From the sequence record PQ015378.1: DNA of 64,000 nucleotides; one strand, given 5' to 3'. Every line of letters begins with the position of its first letter. The stretch's first letter is position 1. Under the pieces are notes generated by a model. It searched no databases. It had not been told where the DNA came from and saw only the letters and a program-made list of their open reading frames with translations. Positions 63,798-64,000 of this stretch are shown one piece after another. The translations under genes and the position numbers were made by a program.

Positions 63798-63971
63798 TGA
63801 GTAAGCCACTAAGAGCAAAGGAGGAAGGCTTTTATTTCGCTTTATAACATCATTAGAGGCTTCTAATGATAGACCTAGGTAAACCCCTAGCCTTCTTCCT
63901 TATTGCTTTATAAACCCCTCCCAGGGGTTTAAATACTCATTGTCTTTTTCATATACACAACAGGAGGTCGC

Positions 63972-64000
63972 ATGGCCATTTACATACCCAAACCAGAACC
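63972..64000 (+). CDS. start of an ORF running off the window
   Basis: AGGAGG RBS then ATGGCCATTTAC... Confidence 0.6.

Overview
Segment of a large lytic dsDNA phage genome, most consistent with a phiKZ-like (Chimalliviridae-type) jumbo phage. This is inferred from TATTAC early promoters, an AAAATAC middle-promoter class, S-x-E head-protease sites and virion paralog families; no hallmark nucleus or RNAP gene lies in the window. Bases 1-40.8 kb are almost all + strand: a PRS-like/NAMPT-like pair (NARP1-type NAD+ reconstitution), thymidylate synthase, a DRB0094-family RNA ligase, an SPFH lipoprotein, Ig-domain and GIY-YIG proteins, and about 85 small hypothetical ORFs separated by UUCG hairpins. 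Bases 40.8-63.7 kb are - strand: RtcB, a 2OG-Fe(II) oxygenase, an RlmN-like radical SAM enzyme, 11 tRNA genes in three operons, LamG/Kelch virion-type proteins, an internal head protein and nrdAB. The most striking unexplained content is a set of structured non-coding RNAs tied to one promoter class. It includes an ~850-nt multi-helix RNA between two tRNAs, a circularly permuted (Y-RNA-like) tRNA mimic, an ~250-nt RNA with a tRNA-Asp anticodon-loop mimic directly downstream of an RlmN-like gene that lacks the resolving cysteine, two stand-alone ~100-nt sRNAs, and atypical tRNA-Cys and tRNA-Tyr. Two shared peptide-terminal motifs also stand out: C-terminal [YW]-[AVL]-[DEN]-x-[VI]-N-[ST]-stop in six proteins and N-terminal MNE[LIQ]LL in five. 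All structures were read by eye; no folding program or database search was run.
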